From a virus, in the IMG/VR virus record IMGVR_UViG_3300032272_000002, positions 32,001 to 96,000 of that record: a DNA stretch of 64,000 nucleotides; one strand, written 5' to 3'. The notes under the pieces are model-generated. The model was not told where the DNA came from, searched no databases, and worked only from the letters and a program-made list of their open reading frames with translations. Positions within the stretch are counted from its first letter, which is position 1. Each line of letters starts with the position of its first letter. Positions 8,109 to 17,564 of this stretch are shown here, one piece after another. The position numbers were made by a program, and so were the translations under genes.

Positions 8109-8136
8109 TTGACACACGCTGAGAGCGTGTTACTAT
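8109..8136 (+). promoter_or_regulatory. sigma70-like promoter with inverted repeat in the spacer
   Basis: TTGACA...TACTAT; ACACGC-N5-GCGTGT. Confidence 0.7.
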
Positions 8137-8141
8137 GTAGG

Positions 8142-8280
8142 TGTCCTTGATAGTGACTGTTTTGAATCGATATGGACAAACAACGAAAGTCGCCGGTTCA
8201 GAGCCGGTGGGGCTGCAAAAGCCTTGTGCGGGTGAGAATCCCGCTGTCGATGCAAATAGCAGAGCTATCAAATAAGGACA
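8142..8280 (+). ncRNA. tRNA-mimic RNA on a long closing stem (Y-RNA/YrlA-like architecture)
   Basis: TGTCCTT-GATAG pairs with CTATC...AAGGACA; T arm GCGGG-TGAGAAT-CCCGC; starts at the predicted TSS. Confidence 0.5.
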
Positions 8281-8500
8281 AATTATATTTATGCTAAATC
8301 AGAGCGGATACACGACGCTGACGTTTCCAGTGTCGATTGATACGAACCTCTGGTCGCGTGGGCGTCCGTTCGGCTGGACAGCGAGGCAACTATTAAAGAA
8401 ACACTATAATTTATGTATAGGCGGCGGGTCGAGTGGAGTCTTTGACTAGAAATATTCTAGGAGACGTAGAAGCGTTGAAGCCCGCCGCCGCCTTTTTCCA

Positions 8501-8701
8501 ATGAATTGTCCGAAATGTAACGCTCCTGGCCTTCGCAAGAAGGTATATGTTGTAGCAGACACACTAGCGGAGAACTTCAATCTCAGTAAGTCAGGTATCC
8601 GAAAAAAAGAAGTAGAAATACAGGCTGTCCAATGGGGACATGCAGTAGAGTATTGCCCCACCTGTCTCTGGCGGGCACCACAACGAATCTTGTTTCCATG
8701 A
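8501..8701 (+). CDS. small zinc-ribbon protein
   Basis: CPKC...CPTC. Confidence 0.6.
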   Translation: MNCPKCNAPGLRKKVYVVADTLAENFNLSKSGIRKKEVEIQAVQWGHAVEYCPTCLWRAPQRILFP

Positions 8702-9281
8702 ATAAAGAACTACTAGAAGAATTCGCCCGTATTTACAACTGTAAGACGGCGTGCGTCGAGAAAGATGGTTTTACGGTTTGTATGATCGAAGATAAAACGA
8801 TTACTGTTGGCGACGGAGTTGGTTCTTTTAATGCTTTTGATACGAAGACACCTACGGCCTGGACAGAGGCAGAGATCAATCGGGTGGCAGATCAAGCAAT
8901 CGCAGAGTACAAAAGTTTTATGCCATGAGTAAAGAAGAATTCATCCGGCTTTATGTCACGCAGTTCTTGGCCAGCTACGCAGCAGTCCATCATGCTGACG
9001 CCTGTGCTACTGGTAATCATGATTCTCTTTATCCAGTAGAAGATGCAGAGTATCAAGCGAATGTAGCTTGGGATAAGCTGCAAGAAATGGAAATAAAAAT
9101 ATAAGAAACGTGTGCGACAAATTGTGGGGCGGCAAACACTGACAACCTACCCTCACGTTCGCGGGGTTCCTTCGGGTGGACAGCGGAGTTGAATGATAGT
9201 TTAATTGGTAGAATACCCGCCTATCGGGTGGTGTCGGTTCGAGTCCTGACTCGTCAATTAAAACGCAGCGTTTCTTTTTGT

Positions 9282-9369
9282 TCATGGGTGGCCGAGTGGT
9301 CGAAGGCGAGAGGCTGTTAACCTCTTGGAGAAATTCCCATCGTAGGTTCGAATCCTACCCCATGAGCCA
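9282..9369 (+). tRNA. tRNA-Asn(GTT) with long variable arm
   Basis: TCATGGG/CCCATGA-G-CCA; CT-GTT-AA; ~16-nt variable region. Confidence 0.85.
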
Positions 9370-9396
9370 TCTAACTTATTGCTTACAAAGCGGTAC

Positions 9397-9425
9397 TTGA
9401 CATCGTGCGAAGGGCACGATAACAT
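9397..9425 (+). promoter_or_regulatory. sigma70-like promoter with inverted repeat in the spacer
   Basis: TTGACA-17-TAACAT; ATCGTGC-N5-GCACGAT. Confidence 0.65.
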
Positions 9426-9430
9426 ATAGC

Positions 9431-9691
9431 ATGGACAGAGTATTTCGAATCACGCGACTGGACACGTATTCTGCTGGTGGAGAAACTTTTTCGAAAAGGA
9501 AGCTCTACGACAACGAAAAATCTTTCCGCTCTATGTGGAGTAGATTTATCACAGAAGATAAGAAATTCAATAACACCAACATGCGGCCATATGGGTCTCA
9601 TCAGATTCAAAATACAAAGCACGACTTTGAAATGATTGCAGAAGAATTCATCAATCAATCATGGACCGAAATCGATAAATACGTCTCTTAA
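9431..9691 (+). CDS. hypothetical protein
   Basis: ORF immediately after a promoter. Confidence 0.55.
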   Translation: MDRVFRITRLDTYSAGGETFSKRKLYDNEKSFRSMWSRFITEDKKFNNTNMRPYGSHQIQNTKHDFEMIAEEFINQSWTEIDKYVS

Positions 9692-9692
9692 A

Positions 9693-10025
9693 ATGTACGA
9701 CCAAACTATCCTCCACCTTGATCGCCTTCCTCTCGCTGACCTCGGCAAGTTCAGCATGATTCTCTCGCAAATGCTGACAAGCGATCAGCGTGCGGACCTG
9801 AACTGTACCCATCCCGACCTGATGGCGGCCATGGGAGCTTTCGAGTCGCAAATCCCGCAAGTTAAGGGCTTCCAAGTCACGCAAGAAACGTGGGGTCTCG
9901 CTGCTGCTGCCATGCAAGGCAACAAGAAAATTCAGGCCATCAAGGAAGTTCGTGCTGGCACGGGCATGGGTCTGAAAGAAGCGAAAGAATACGTGGACAT
10001 CCACATGCAGTATTTGCAGCCATGA
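9693..10025 (+). CDS. Protein with ribosomal protein bL12 (L7/L12) C-terminal domain
   Basis: NKKIQAIKEVRAGTGMGLKEAKEYVD matches the bL12 CTD signature. Confidence 0.85.
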   Translation: MYDQTILHLDRLPLADLGKFSMILSQMLTSDQRADLNCTHPDLMAAMGAFESQIPQVKGFQVTQETWGLAAAAMQGNKKIQAIKEVRAGTGMGLKEAKEYVDIHMQYLQP

Positions 10026-10267
10026 ATGAACTCGTAGCAAAAATGCTAGAAGATTATTCAGAACGGCTAAGTAACAATGGCTGTAATGATCTTATTCTAG
10101 AAAATACAGAAGAAAATAGGGCACTGGTCCAGGCCGCAATTGATTGGAATGGAGACGACCAGTGTAAAATTGAGCCATATTTACAGGGCGACAAGATCTA
10201 CTTCTTCGATTATTGGATGGCCGGATATCTCGCCTCCACGTTTCGCGAAGCGAAATAAAGAACACAT

Positions 10268-10346
10268 GCGTCCGTAGCTAAACTGGACTAAGGCACCTGA
10301 CTACGAATCAGGAGATTTGAAGGTTCGAATCCTTCCGGGCGTACCA
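10268..10346 (+). tRNA. tRNA-Arg(ACG)
   Basis: CT-ACG-AA, CCA. Confidence 0.9.
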
Positions 10347-10352
10347 TATAAC

Positions 10353-10428
10353 TGCGGGATCGTTTAGTGGCCTAAGACCCGGCACTCTGACTGCCGTAAC
10401 CTGAGTTCGAATCTCAGTCCCGCTACCA
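10353..10428 (+). tRNA. tRNA-Gln(CTG)
   Basis: CT-CTG-AC, CCA. Confidence 0.88.
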
Positions 10429-10450
10429 GCCTACTTCGTAGGCTGAGGCT

Positions 10451-11332
10451 TTAGCCTCGCCTGCGATAGTGGACAGAGACCTGGATGTTGTTAGTGGTGT
10501 TAGCACTACTCCAAAAGAGTGCAAGAATACCATCGGTATCAAAATCAACATCTAAATCAACGCCACCAGCAGCAGCATCGGCATTGATACTAGCAATAGA
10601 CACACCGTCTCGATGGATTTCAATATTGCCAACAGTGGCAGCACCTTTAGTCCAAGACAAACAAGAGATGTTAGCATCAAATGGCATATAAATACCACGC
10701 GATGCAGACATGATCTGTCCGTTGTAACGACGCAAGTAGGTATCGCCAGTTTGGTTACCAGTGCGGCCAGCACCATCGGCCCGCAAGAGACCCAGCCACT
10801 TACTACCAGTGAAATTGAACGGCTCATTTAGGTCAGTACGATAGAAAGGATGGCCGGATCCCATTCCCATAGTTGGGAACGTGGATCCCGCAAAATTTCC
10901 AGACGCAGAAGCTCCGACAAGACCGAAAGACAATGATGCCTGGCCTTGCTTTACGCGAGTCATAAGCTGACCACTTTGCGTAATATCGTCTAAATTAACT
11001 CTGACAAAAGCTCGATCACCGGAACTGAGAGGAGTTTGTCCGGTATGAGAAAGTGCCTCTTCGGAGCCAGTATCAAGATCGACAAAAGAACGACTTTCAC
11101 GAATAAGATCCGTGGTCTTGTCTAGTCTTCGTACAGCTAAAACACTGGTAACGCGAGAAGGGCCAATCTCGCCGCTAGGCTTTAACAGATTAATATGATA
11201 CGCATAGTCGTATACGCCATCTTGCAATGCGGTTAGGCTACCAGGAATGATCTCAGTGTCGAAATCAATGACTGTGATCTCACCGGATGCGGCAGATAAA
11301 GTTTGTTGTTCAGAGTTTGTCCAATGTCCCAT
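10451..11332 (-). CDS. putative virion-associated protein (lone minus-strand gene in the tRNA region)
   Basis: GGAGG SD before ATG 11332; Ser/Gly/Thr-rich; TAGTGTACT motif upstream. Confidence 0.6.
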   Translation of the reverse strand: MGHWTNSEQQTLSAASGEITVIDFDTEIIPGSLTALQDGVYDYAYHINLLKPSGEIGPSRVTSVLAVRRLDKTTDLIRESRSFVDLDTGSEEALSHTGQTPLSSGDRAFVRVNLDDITQSGQLMTRVKQGQASLSFGLVGASASGNFAGSTFPTMGMGSGHPFYRTDLNEPFNFTGSKWLGLLRADGAGRTGNQTGDTYLRRYNGQIMSASRGIYMPFDANISCLSWTKGAATVGNIEIHRDGVSIASINADAAAGGVDLDVDFDTDGILALFWSSANTTNNIQVSVHYRRRG

Positions 11333-11394
11333 ATAAAAATCCTCCCAGATTGCCCTTGACGGGGGTACAAAAGAAGAGTACACTATAGCAGACT

Positions 11395-12546
11395 ATGAAC
11401 GGCATCAAACTACCTACTTTGTATCACCGAGCCTCAAAGGGTGATTTACGCCAGTGGCGAGTCTGGTCGGACGGCAAGTACGTCTGCACCGAGCACGGCA
11501 CAGTTGATGGCAAACTCCAGCAATCTCAGTACGCAGCCGAGGGCAAGAACCTTGGGCGTGCGAATGCCACGACACCCGCAGAACAGGCAATCTTGGAAGC
11601 AAAATCCAAGTGGACCTTCAAAATTGAGAGGAAATACTCCGAGACTCCCGAAGGAGCAATGGAAATCTCCACGAAACCGATGTTGGCTCATAAGTTCAAC
11701 GAGACCGATGGTTCGCTGTCTTCAAAAGGAAAGAAAGTACAATATCCCGTTTATATGCAGGCGAAACTCGATGGGGTACGCTGTATCGCTCGTCGGAATG
11801 ATGCTGGCGAAATTGAGTTGACCTCTCGCAGCGGCAAGCCTTACTACGTGCCGCACATCGAGGCCGACCTCGCAGAATGGCTGCCTGACGACATGGTTCT
11901 TGATGGCGAAATTTACGTCCACGGGGAATCATGTCAGACAATTACGTCGTGGGTCAAGTCGGCTGATCCCGAAAGAGCCAAGCGATACAAGGTGGAAAGC
12001 CTCGCATTGACATATCACGTATACGATGTGCCGATCTTCGCTGGCGAGAGTGATGAGCCGTGGTCAAGTCGCGAGCATGTCCTTGAGGACTTGGTACAAT
12101 ATGAATCGCCCAACATGACGATTGTGACTGGCAAAACCGTTCAGTCAGCGGAAGAGGTTTGGGAAGCTCATACTCTCTATCTGGAGCTTGGATTCGAGGG
12201 TGCCATTGTTCGTACACCAACTGGCATTTACAAGTGGGGATATCGTTCTGCTGATCTCTTGAAAGTAAAGCATTTCGAAGACCAGGAGTTTGAAGTGATC
12301 GGCTGCAAGGACGGCAAAGGTAAAGATGAGGGTTGTGCGACCTTTATCTGCCGAAATGATTTGACAGACGGCACCTTGGATGCTAGAATGAAGGGAGAAC
12401 TCGCTGAGCGGCAGCGATTCTATCAAGAACGAGAACAATACGTCGGACGCAAGCTCACGGTGCGGTTCCAGGGTCGAACGGACGCTGAGATCCCGCGATT
12501 CCCCGTGGGCCTAGTATTCCGAAGTGAAGAAGATATGCCTCTATAG
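11395..12546 (+). CDS. ATP-dependent DNA ligase
   Basis: KLDGVR adenylation motif, LDGEIY, EGAIVR, LLKVK, PRFP. Confidence 0.92.
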   Translation: MNGIKLPTLYHRASKGDLRQWRVWSDGKYVCTEHGTVDGKLQQSQYAAEGKNLGRANATTPAEQAILEAKSKWTFKIERKYSETPEGAMEISTKPMLAHKFNETDGSLSSKGKKVQYPVYMQAKLDGVRCIARRNDAGEIELTSRSGKPYYVPHIEADLAEWLPDDMVLDGEIYVHGESCQTITSWVKSADPERAKRYKVESLALTYHVYDVPIFAGESDEPWSSREHVLEDLVQYESPNMTIVTGKTVQSAEEVWEAHTLYLELGFEGAIVRTPTGIYKWGYRSADLLKVKHFEDQEFEVIGCKDGKGKDEGCATFICRNDLTDGTLDARMKGELAERQRFYQEREQYVGRKLTVRFQGRTDAEIPRFPVGLVFRSEEDMPL

Positions 12547-12612
12547 TATAATGGTTATTATGCCGGTTTTGTAATCCGGGGATGCCAGTTCGATTCTAGG
12601 CTAGAGGCTCCA
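12537..12612 (+). tRNA. tRNA-Thr(TGT), overlapping the ligase stop codon
   Basis: GCCTCTA/TAGAGGC-T-CCA; TT-TGT-AA. Confidence 0.8.
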
Positions 12613-12617
12613 AACAC

Positions 12618-12692
12618 GGTTCGCTGGTGTAGAGGTCTGCACATCGGTCTGAAAAGCCGAGGGTCAAGGTTCGATACCTTGGTGAACCACCA
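12618..12692 (+). tRNA. tRNA-Phe(GAA)
   Basis: CT-GAA-AA, CCA. Confidence 0.88.
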
Positions 12693-12694
12693 AA

Positions 12695-12769
12695 GGGGGC
12701 GTAGTGATAACGGTAGCACTCCTGCTTTGCAAGTAGGGAGTCGGGGTTCGATTCCCCGCGTCTCCACCA
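12695..12769 (+). tRNA. tRNA-Ala(TGC)
   Basis: G3:U70, TT-TGC-AA, CCA. Confidence 0.92.
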
Positions 12770-12774
12770 ATTCA

Positions 12775-13002
12775 ATGAATGATACAGTAGAAATTTGGCC
12801 AGTCAAGAGTCCTATAGACGAGTCACGGAACGGACCAAACGCTAAGCAATATTATGCTGTATATTTAACGGGCTCAAACAAGTGGCTCCATCCTCATCCC
12901 AACGAATTCCTCGAAGGGAATATGTATCTTTTCAATTCTGAGAATGAGGCAGAAGAAGCAATTGCAGCCTACTTCGGTAACGGATTATGGGGTGCATTAT
13001 AG
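12775..13002 (+). CDS. small protein with C-terminal NGLWGAL motif
   Basis: ORF lying between tRNAs; start at ATG 12775. Confidence 0.65.
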   Translation: MNDTVEIWPVKSPIDESRNGPNAKQYYAVYLTGSNKWLHPHPNEFLEGNMYLFNSENEAEEAIAAYFGNGLWGAL

Positions 13003-13074
13003 GTCAGTGATGTAACGGTAGCATAATAGTCTCCAAAACTATTTGTCTGGGTTCAAATCCTAGCTGGCCTGCCA
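13001..13074 (+). tRNA. tRNA-Trp(CCA)
   Basis: CT-CCA-AA, G73, CCA. Confidence 0.9.
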
Positions 13075-13076
13075 AC

Positions 13077-13150
13077 AGCCCCGTGGTTTAGTGGTAGAAT
13101 GCCTGGCTTTGACCCAGGTGGCGAACGTTCGATTCGTTCCGGGGCTACCA
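13077..13150 (+). tRNA. tRNA-Gln(TTG)
   Basis: CT-TTG-AC, CCA. Confidence 0.9.
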
Positions 13151-13220
13151 TACATAAACTTTACTTGACGCACGCTGTCCATCGGGTATGATGTATTGAC
13201 TCCGGAAAGGACTCTAGACT

Positions 13221-15149
13221 ATGAAACTGAACAAGAAAACTGGCAACGTGGCGAAATCGGGCGATCTGGGCGAGCAGACTTTTAGTGTGGCTGCAACCGC
13301 TCATGCGTTCGAAATCCTTTCGTCTCGTCTCTACACCGATACCAAGCTCGCCATCGTGCGTGAGCTTTCAACCAACGCTGCCGATGCCCACGTCGATGCT
13401 GGCTGCCCCGACAAGCCTTTTGACGTGCATCTACCCTCGTATAGCCAATCTTATTTTGAGATTCGTGACTACGGCACCGGGCTGTCACACGACGATGCAA
13501 TGACGGTCTACACGACCTTCTTCGATTCCACCAGGAATGACTCGGACGACTTCACAGGTGCCCTCGGTCTCGGCTCCAAGTCGCCATTCGCGTACACTGA
13601 CGCATTCCTGGTGACCTCCTACTTCAATGGAACGGTGCGGGCCTATTCGGCATTCCGCAATGAGGCTGGCCTGCCCAGCTTCGCCCTCATGAGTGAGGCG
13701 ACTACGAACGAGCCGAACGGTCTCAAAATTCGTATCGATATTCAAACTGAGGATCGCTACGACTTCCAAGATGCTGCCAACAAGGTTTATCCTTGGTTCA
13801 ATACGGTTCCCAACTTTGTTGGCGGTGAAACGCTGTCAATTCAAGATAGGAATACTATCCTGAGCGGGAAAGGCTGGGACATCTGCAAGGGTAGTTATAG
13901 CAATGCTATTCGCGTCGTCATGGGTAACGTGTCGTATACTTGTTCTGCTGATAAGTTTACTCATACCCTGGGGAGTTACGGTGCTCTGACGCTGTTCGTG
14001 CCTATTGGTGAGTGCGGCATTGCGGCCAACCGTGAAGAACTGCACTACGACAATAAGACTCTGCAAAACATCCAGCTTCGTATCGACGACGCGATGAAAG
14101 ACGCTCAGGATCTCATGGAGGCAGAGCTTGAAAGCTCGCCAACGCTCCTCCAGCGAATTCGTGATGGTCGAAGGTTTAAAGAGATCATGAATATTCGTGG
14201 TCTTGGTGATTCAATCGAGGGGAATCAGAAAGACGCTTACAGCATCAGTAACCTGCGGGTCACGGGCTCTAAGCTCTTCATTCGACGCGATACCTATAGT
14301 GCCAGGGTTTATCCTCAGCACGATACAGTTTATACATTCATTGAGAATGATGTGGCTGATATCAAGCAGAAGCACAGGAACGCTCTCCGCTATTGGATTG
14401 ATAACCAGCCGAAGTCCAACTTTTACCTGGCAGATATTACGAGCCCCACGGTTTTCGCTGATACTTTTGGTGCTATCACCATCAAGCTGTCGGAGATTCC
14501 TGCTCCTCCTCGTAAGCAATCCACAGGAACGGCTGGCGGCCCGCGATGCTCTATCAAGCGTCTCACGTCGTCCTATCGGAAGATGGACGCCTGGCTGAAT
14601 ACTGAGACTGACGACGTGGATCCTGCAATGTCGATTGCGGTTCGTCGCAAGAGCTATAACGTGATCTTTAATGATGTCGAAATGGAGCCGAGTATTGCCT
14701 TGGAAATTGCCAAGAGCCTTGGTTTCAAAACTGTTTACGGTCTGCCGTCGTCTCGCTACGACAAGCCTCGCAATGAGCTTGGTCTCAAAGATCTGGAAAC
14801 AGAAGCAAAAAAGGCGATGCTCAAGCTCAAACTGAAAGGCACCGTCGCCCAGCACGCCTCGCTCCAGTATAACGCTGGTAACTACTCCTACGAGTTTGAC
14901 AAAGAATACTTGGATACCCTCGAAGGGCACGGCGAAGTCTGCGACAACGTTGTAGAGTTTCTCCGGAGTAAAGTGCCTGCTGCCTGGACTCGTCTACTTA
15001 GTATGTGGGAAATTGAAATCCCCAAGGTAGATGATCCCATCGTAGCTTTTTGGGAGAAGTATCCTCTCCTCAGGGGCGTGGAAAGCAACGGCAGCATTCC
15101 TAGTAACGAAATTCAAGAGTATATCAAGTGGAAGAACCTAAATTCCTAA
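13221..15149 (+). CDS. rIIA: rIIA-like protein with GHKL (HSP90-type) ATPase N-terminal domain
   Basis: RELSTNAADAH, IRDYGTGL, GALGLGSKSPFAY. Confidence 0.85.
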   Translation: MKLNKKTGNVAKSGDLGEQTFSVAATAHAFEILSSRLYTDTKLAIVRELSTNAADAHVDAGCPDKPFDVHLPSYSQSYFEIRDYGTGLSHDDAMTVYTTFFDSTRNDSDDFTGALGLGSKSPFAYTDAFLVTSYFNGTVRAYSAFRNEAGLPSFALMSEATTNEPNGLKIRIDIQTEDRYDFQDAANKVYPWFNTVPNFVGGETLSIQDRNTILSGKGWDICKGSYSNAIRVVMGNVSYTCSADKFTHTLGSYGALTLFVPIGECGIAANREELHYDNKTLQNIQLRIDDAMKDAQDLMEAELESSPTLLQRIRDGRRFKEIMNIRGLGDSIEGNQKDAYSISNLRVTGSKLFIRRDTYSARVYPQHDTVYTFIENDVADIKQKHRNALRYWIDNQPKSNFYLADITSPTVFADTFGAITIKLSEIPAPPRKQSTGTAGGPRCSIKRLTSSYRKMDAWLNTETDDVDPAMSIAVRRKSYNVIFNDVEMEPSIALEIAKSLGFKTVYGLPSSRYDKPRNELGLKDLETEAKKAMLKLKLKGTVAQHASLQYNAGNYSYEFDKEYLDTLEGHGEVCDNVVEFLRSKVPAAWTRLLSMWEIEIPKVDDPIVAFWEKYPLLRGVESNGSIPSNEIQEYIKWKNLNS

Positions 15150-15355
15150 TTAGTGATCTCGGCATCGTGATCTTCTCGGTGGCTGGGGAGACCTTCCAGG
15201 TCGGCCCTGGCCACCAGTATCATCAGACAATTCTGGAAGCCGTCAAGAACGACAAGTGGGCAGAGATCCTGCCGCTCGTCCCCGAGCTTCCTAAGAAAAT
15301 GAAGGTACATATCGGCATCTATCTAGACACCTTCGACCTTGGTGGAGCCCTGTGA
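15128..15355 (+). CDS. rIIB N-terminus-like fragment with C-terminal FDLGGAL motif
   Basis: Position directly after rIIA; HQYHQTILEAVK pattern recalls rIIB N-termini (from memory). Confidence 0.55.
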   Translation: MEEPKFLISDLGIVIFSVAGETFQVGPGHQYHQTILEAVKNDKWAEILPLVPELPKKMKVHIGIYLDTFDLGGAL

Positions 15356-15609
15356 TTAATCGCGTATTAGTCTCCAGCGAGGGTGATGCCGTGACGTTGG
15401 CCCGAGCCCTTGCTATGGGGGTTCGGCCTGACTACGTTTTCGAGCGTAATGACAATTGGACTCTGGCCGCCCCCTTCCACCTAGCCAAAGAGGCGGAAGC
15501 CCTGTGGGCTGGACAGTGGGTCAAGATTCGTGAGATAACCGAGGAAGACCTCGAAGGTATCGAGCCAGAGAAGCCCCGCGAACAGTTCAGACTGCGAGGA
15601 GCACTATGA
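15352..15609 (+). CDS. small protein with C-terminal FRLRGAL motif
   Basis: GTGA coupling. Confidence 0.7.
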   Translation: MINRVLVSSEGDAVTLARALAMGVRPDYVFERNDNWTLAAPFHLAKEAEALWAGQWVKIREITEEDLEGIEPEKPREQFRLRGAL

Positions 15610-15809
15610 GTTGTAGATTCTGCAATCAGGACGCCACACATAAAATTCCTTTTGAAACACGGGAAGACACCGAGCGGGCAGCTAAATTTATCGCCTTAAG
15701 GCCACGCCCAACGGGCGTGGTCAACCTATGTCCTGCCTGCTACAAGACTTATGGTGATTACATTCGTCAATATTATTCGCCAAGGTTCGAACTTGGTGGT
15801 GCTCTGTAG
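15606..15809 (+). CDS. small Zn-finger protein with C-terminal FELGGAL motif
   Basis: CRFC...CPAC. Confidence 0.7.
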   Translation: MSCRFCNQDATHKIPFETREDTERAAKFIALRPRPTGVVNLCPACYKTYGDYIRQYYSPRFELGGAL

Positions 15810-15830
15810 TGTATTTTCCTGAATGGAGGA

Positions 15831-16553
15831 TTGCCCCCGTTCATGGTATTAGAAATCACACAGGACAACACTGTTATTCGCGGCGAGACCATTAATGAAA
15901 GTATTAGAATTAAGGCCCATAACGTACGGATCGAACGTTGCAAAATTACTGCACCAGACGATCTGTATGTCATTCAGGCCAATTTTAAGGACAAGAAAGG
16001 TCGGCCATTCAAGGGAACTGAGATTCTCAGAAACGGTATCAGCGACGGTCGAACGGCCATGCTGGTACAGCACTCACTGGTTCGTGGCAACTACATCCAC
16101 GATATGGTGGGAGACGGTATCAAGTGTGATCTGGGCGGCAACGTCTGGATCCACAAGAATATCATTCACAAAATTGGTTCGGACCCAACGTCTCACGCAG
16201 ACGGCATCCAACTTTTTGGCGGCGAGCGATTCCTTATCTCTCACAACATTATTGAGATGCCAAAAGATGAGCCTGGGTTCACTCCCAATGCTTGTGTTTT
16301 TGCAGAGAGTAACTTCCAACCCCTTCATACGGTCTGGATCCAACATAATCAATTGAATGGTGGAAACTACACGGTTTACCTTAAAGATCAGTCATTCGGC
16401 ATCCCCGAAAACGCTCGACTTATTGGTAACGAGTTCGGAGACGGCTTCGCATTCGGACCCCTGTTCGCCACCAAGCCTAGCTCCATCCTTATTGGAGGTA
16501 ATCGCTGGGCTGCCTCTGGTAAGCCCATGGGCATCAACAACATTGACAGCTAA
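15831..16553 (+). CDS. right-handed beta-helix (pectate-lyase-like) protein
   Basis: Repeating NYIHD/NIIH/HADGIQ/NQLNGG pattern. Confidence 0.7.
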   Translation: MPPFMVLEITQDNTVIRGETINESIRIKAHNVRIERCKITAPDDLYVIQANFKDKKGRPFKGTEILRNGISDGRTAMLVQHSLVRGNYIHDMVGDGIKCDLGGNVWIHKNIIHKIGSDPTSHADGIQLFGGERFLISHNIIEMPKDEPGFTPNACVFAESNFQPLHTVWIQHNQLNGGNYTVYLKDQSFGIPENARLIGNEFGDGFAFGPLFATKPSSILIGGNRWAASGKPMGINNIDS

Positions 16554-16555
16554 GT

Positions 16556-16870
16556 ATGACTTGGAATCATAGAATAGTAAGGCGGGTGTGGTACCGAGGT
16601 GAGGACCGAGAGGAAATCACCTACGGTATCCACGAAGCCTATTACGACGACAACAATCTAGTCCACTCCATTACCGAGAAGCCTGTCGAGGTAATGGGTG
16701 AGGATATGAATGCTATTAAACAAACCCTAGAGTGGATGACAAAAGCACTAGAAAATCCAATTCTAGACTACAATAATATTCCAGAGCCGGGAGCTAAAGA
16801 TTTTACAATTGAAATCGATGAGGCCCTGGCCGCCGCCGACGAGGAGCCCAAGGCCGACGAGACACTATAA
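16556..16870 (+). CDS. hypothetical phage protein
   Basis: WNHRIV...YGIHEAYYD pattern. Confidence 0.65.
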   Translation: MTWNHRIVRRVWYRGEDREEITYGIHEAYYDDNNLVHSITEKPVEVMGEDMNAIKQTLEWMTKALENPILDYNNIPEPGAKDFTIEIDEALAAADEEPKADETL

Positions 16871-16916
16871 GTGATATACAGTCGCTTCTAGCATTTTTTG
16901 AAAACGAACATTTTGA

Positions 16917-16990
16917 GGCCAGATGGCCGAGTGGTTAGGCGGTTGGCTGCAACCCTTCTCAGGTGAGTTCGATTCTCACTCTGGCCTCCA
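16917..16990 (+). tRNA. tRNA-Cys(GCA)
   Basis: CT-GCA-AC, T73, CCA. Confidence 0.88.
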
Positions 16991-17006
16991 AAAACACCCC
17001 CGTACT

Positions 17007-17372
17007 ATGAAAAACATCATCATCGCACTATTCCTTCTCGTATTCTTAGCTTCTGCCTCTCAACAGCAGATTAGTTCGCCAGGTACACACCCTCGCAACT
17101 ACGTAGAGATCACAGACGCCAAGCCGTACACTGTTCCTGTTGGTAAAATTCTAGTGATTACTGCCCTCGGACGTTCGGTAGGTTCGCCAAGCGTGGGAGT
17201 TGCCTCTTTCACTATTAATGGAGTACAAAAAGGAGATATGTATATGTCTCTGAATTTGCCGCATAACCCGTCCGTTCAACCTTGGACGCCGGGACTCGCC
17301 GCTGGTGCGGGCGACATTGTAGAGACACCGACCACGAATGGCGTGGTTTACGGATATCTTTCCAACGAATAG
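17007..17372 (+). CDS. exported protein
   Basis: Signal peptide MKNIIIALFLLVFLASA. Confidence 0.65.
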   Translation: MKNIIIALFLLVFLASASQQQISSPGTHPRNYVEITDAKPYTVPVGKILVITALGRSVGSPSVGVASFTINGVQKGDMYMSLNLPHNPSVQPWTPGLAAGAGDIVETPTTNGVVYGYLSNE

Positions 17373-17401
17373 TTGACAAGCACGCTGTCGCGTGCTAGTA
17401 T
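17373..17401 (+). promoter_or_regulatory. sigma70-like promoter with inverted repeat in the spacer
   Basis: TTGACA-17-TAGTAT; AGCACGC-N4-GCGTGCT. Confidence 0.7.
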
Positions 17402-17411
17402 GTATGAACAA

Positions 17412-17488
17412 GGTGCGTTGATCTAGCCTGGTTAAGATACCAGCCTGTCACGCTGGCTACACGGGTTCAAATCCCGTACGCACCGCCA
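17412..17488 (+). tRNA. tRNA-Asp(GTC)
   Basis: CT-GTC-AC, G73, CCA. Confidence 0.9.
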
Positions 17489-17489
17489 C

Positions 17490-17564
17490 GGGTCTTTGGT
17501 GTAACGGTAACATAGCAGATTCTTAATCTGTCAGATAAAAGTTCAACTCTTTTAGGACCCACCA
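17490..17564 (+). tRNA. tRNA-Lys(CTT)
   Basis: TT-CTT-AA, CCA. Confidence 0.85.
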
